A stretch of 64,000 nt of DNA from Cycas panzhihuaensis (taxonomy: Eukaryota; Plantae; Cycadophyta), in NCBI GenBank assembly GCA_023213395.1, contig CM041465.1, positions 53,575,741 through 53,639,740 on the forward strand, given 5' to 3'. Below are positions 63,005-64,000 of the stretch, one piece after another. The number at the start of each line of letters is the position of its first letter. Position 1 is the first letter of the stretch. Made by a program: the position numbers and the translations under genes. The notes beneath the pieces were generated by a model, which made no database searches, had not been told where the DNA came from, and saw only the letters and a program-made list of their open reading frames with translations.

Positions 63005-64000
63005 TGTGTTTCCTGGCTACCACGAATGGGCATGGATGAGTCAACTCAGGTAGGTACAGGTGCACTTCTATCCCTCACCTTTATTGGTTCTAAGAAAGGT
63101 GGATTGAAGCACTACATTTGCATTACATGATGATTGATTTACTACATGAGCATTATGCATTCACTGGTTGGCTATACTGCATCTTACCACTTTTTTTAGC
63201 CTATGATGATCTAGGGATGTGAATCCCATGGCACTCCACAACCCTCCTCTGTGTCCCCATAATGCTCCCAAGTACCATTTTAGCCTATGTAGCCCAATCT
63301 CATCACCTATCAGCACATCATGACCCCTAGCACCTCACCTAGGCTTGGTTGGTGTCCTCCACCTATTTGTTGACTTTTCTGGGAACTTCTCACCTTTAGT
63401 ACCTATCCGTTATAGGCTCTCCTAAGCCCCAGAGCCCTTTCCTACCACCTGAATAGAGTACCATGGACCTCTAGGCTCGAGTTTCCCTTTCTCTGGAGGC
63501 CCAAGGCTTCTTTCTCTTTATTTTTCTACATGATTATGTTGTACCGTGATAAACTTTGTGGTACTTCTACAAACTTAGTGGTATCACTAAGTTACCACGG
63601 GGTGAATGTCATAATTTATTTTTTAAAATCTGCCACAACTAATTTCACATTTATTGTAAAATTGCCACATGGAAACAACTTATTCCTGGCCCAGGCTGAA
63701 CCCTAATCGCTCGATTGAGCTAGGGTTGGGTTTAAAAACCCAAAAATGTCCTAATTTCCTCTCTCTCTCACTCATTTTTTCTACCATTTCATCAAAAAAA
63801 TAACCTACAATAAGATAAAACCTACTATATCAACTTCTCAACTAGCTACCAAGCCTCATGTAGCTTCAGATACGTAGCAGTAAGCTTATAACATGGCCAC
63901 CCAAGTAAGGATCAGGCTCCAAGTGCTCCATCAAACTCATATTCTCCTCTTCACTCCAGTTTGTTTCCAGCTTGCTACACCTTTGGGGTTTCTCACCTAT
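63005..64000 (+). mobile_element. Start of an LTR of the same Ogre/Tat-like family as 3948-10407, opposite orientation; runs off the right edge
   Basis: Begins TG at 63005 where the gypsy RT remnant stops; reverse-complement homology to 9400-10407 (e.g. gggttgggtttaaaaacccaaaa, cattacatgatgattgatt). Confidence 0.82.

Overview
AT-rich, CpG-depleted plant nuclear heterochromatin, probably from a large gymnosperm-like genome (host assignment is inference only). No host protein-coding gene, rRNA, tRNA or CRISPR array is recognisable. The window is a stack of nested, mostly decayed retroelements: (1) the 5' half of an Ogre/Tat-like Ty3/gypsy element (1-10407, minus) whose LTR carries an internally deleted copia (6101-9393, TSD GCAGG); (2) two full-length degenerate short-LTR copia elements (16638-22093, TSD AGAAA; 23822-28949, TSD GTTTT/GTTTA); (3) a gag-only copia-derived element (29911-39023) bracketed by a ~1.17 kb direct duplication instead of a 5-bp TSD, and containing a non-coding three-LTR element (32437-37750, TSD TAAAT) whose middle LTR is inverted and flanked by both PPT and PBS; (4) a 5'-truncated L1 LINE; (5) a 2.1 kb gypsy-derived gag-only element with the longest ORF in the window (270 aa; 43370-45463, TSD AACCC); (6) a gypsy pol remnant and a second Ogre/Tat-type LTR at the right edge. 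Overlaid is an old tandem segmental duplication with ~38 kb offset (10408-41825 vs 48310-61464), whose second copy lacks ~17.9 kb at a microhomology junction. I see no clearly new gene system; the most unusual signals are retroelement architectures. All alignments and divergence estimates are by eye.
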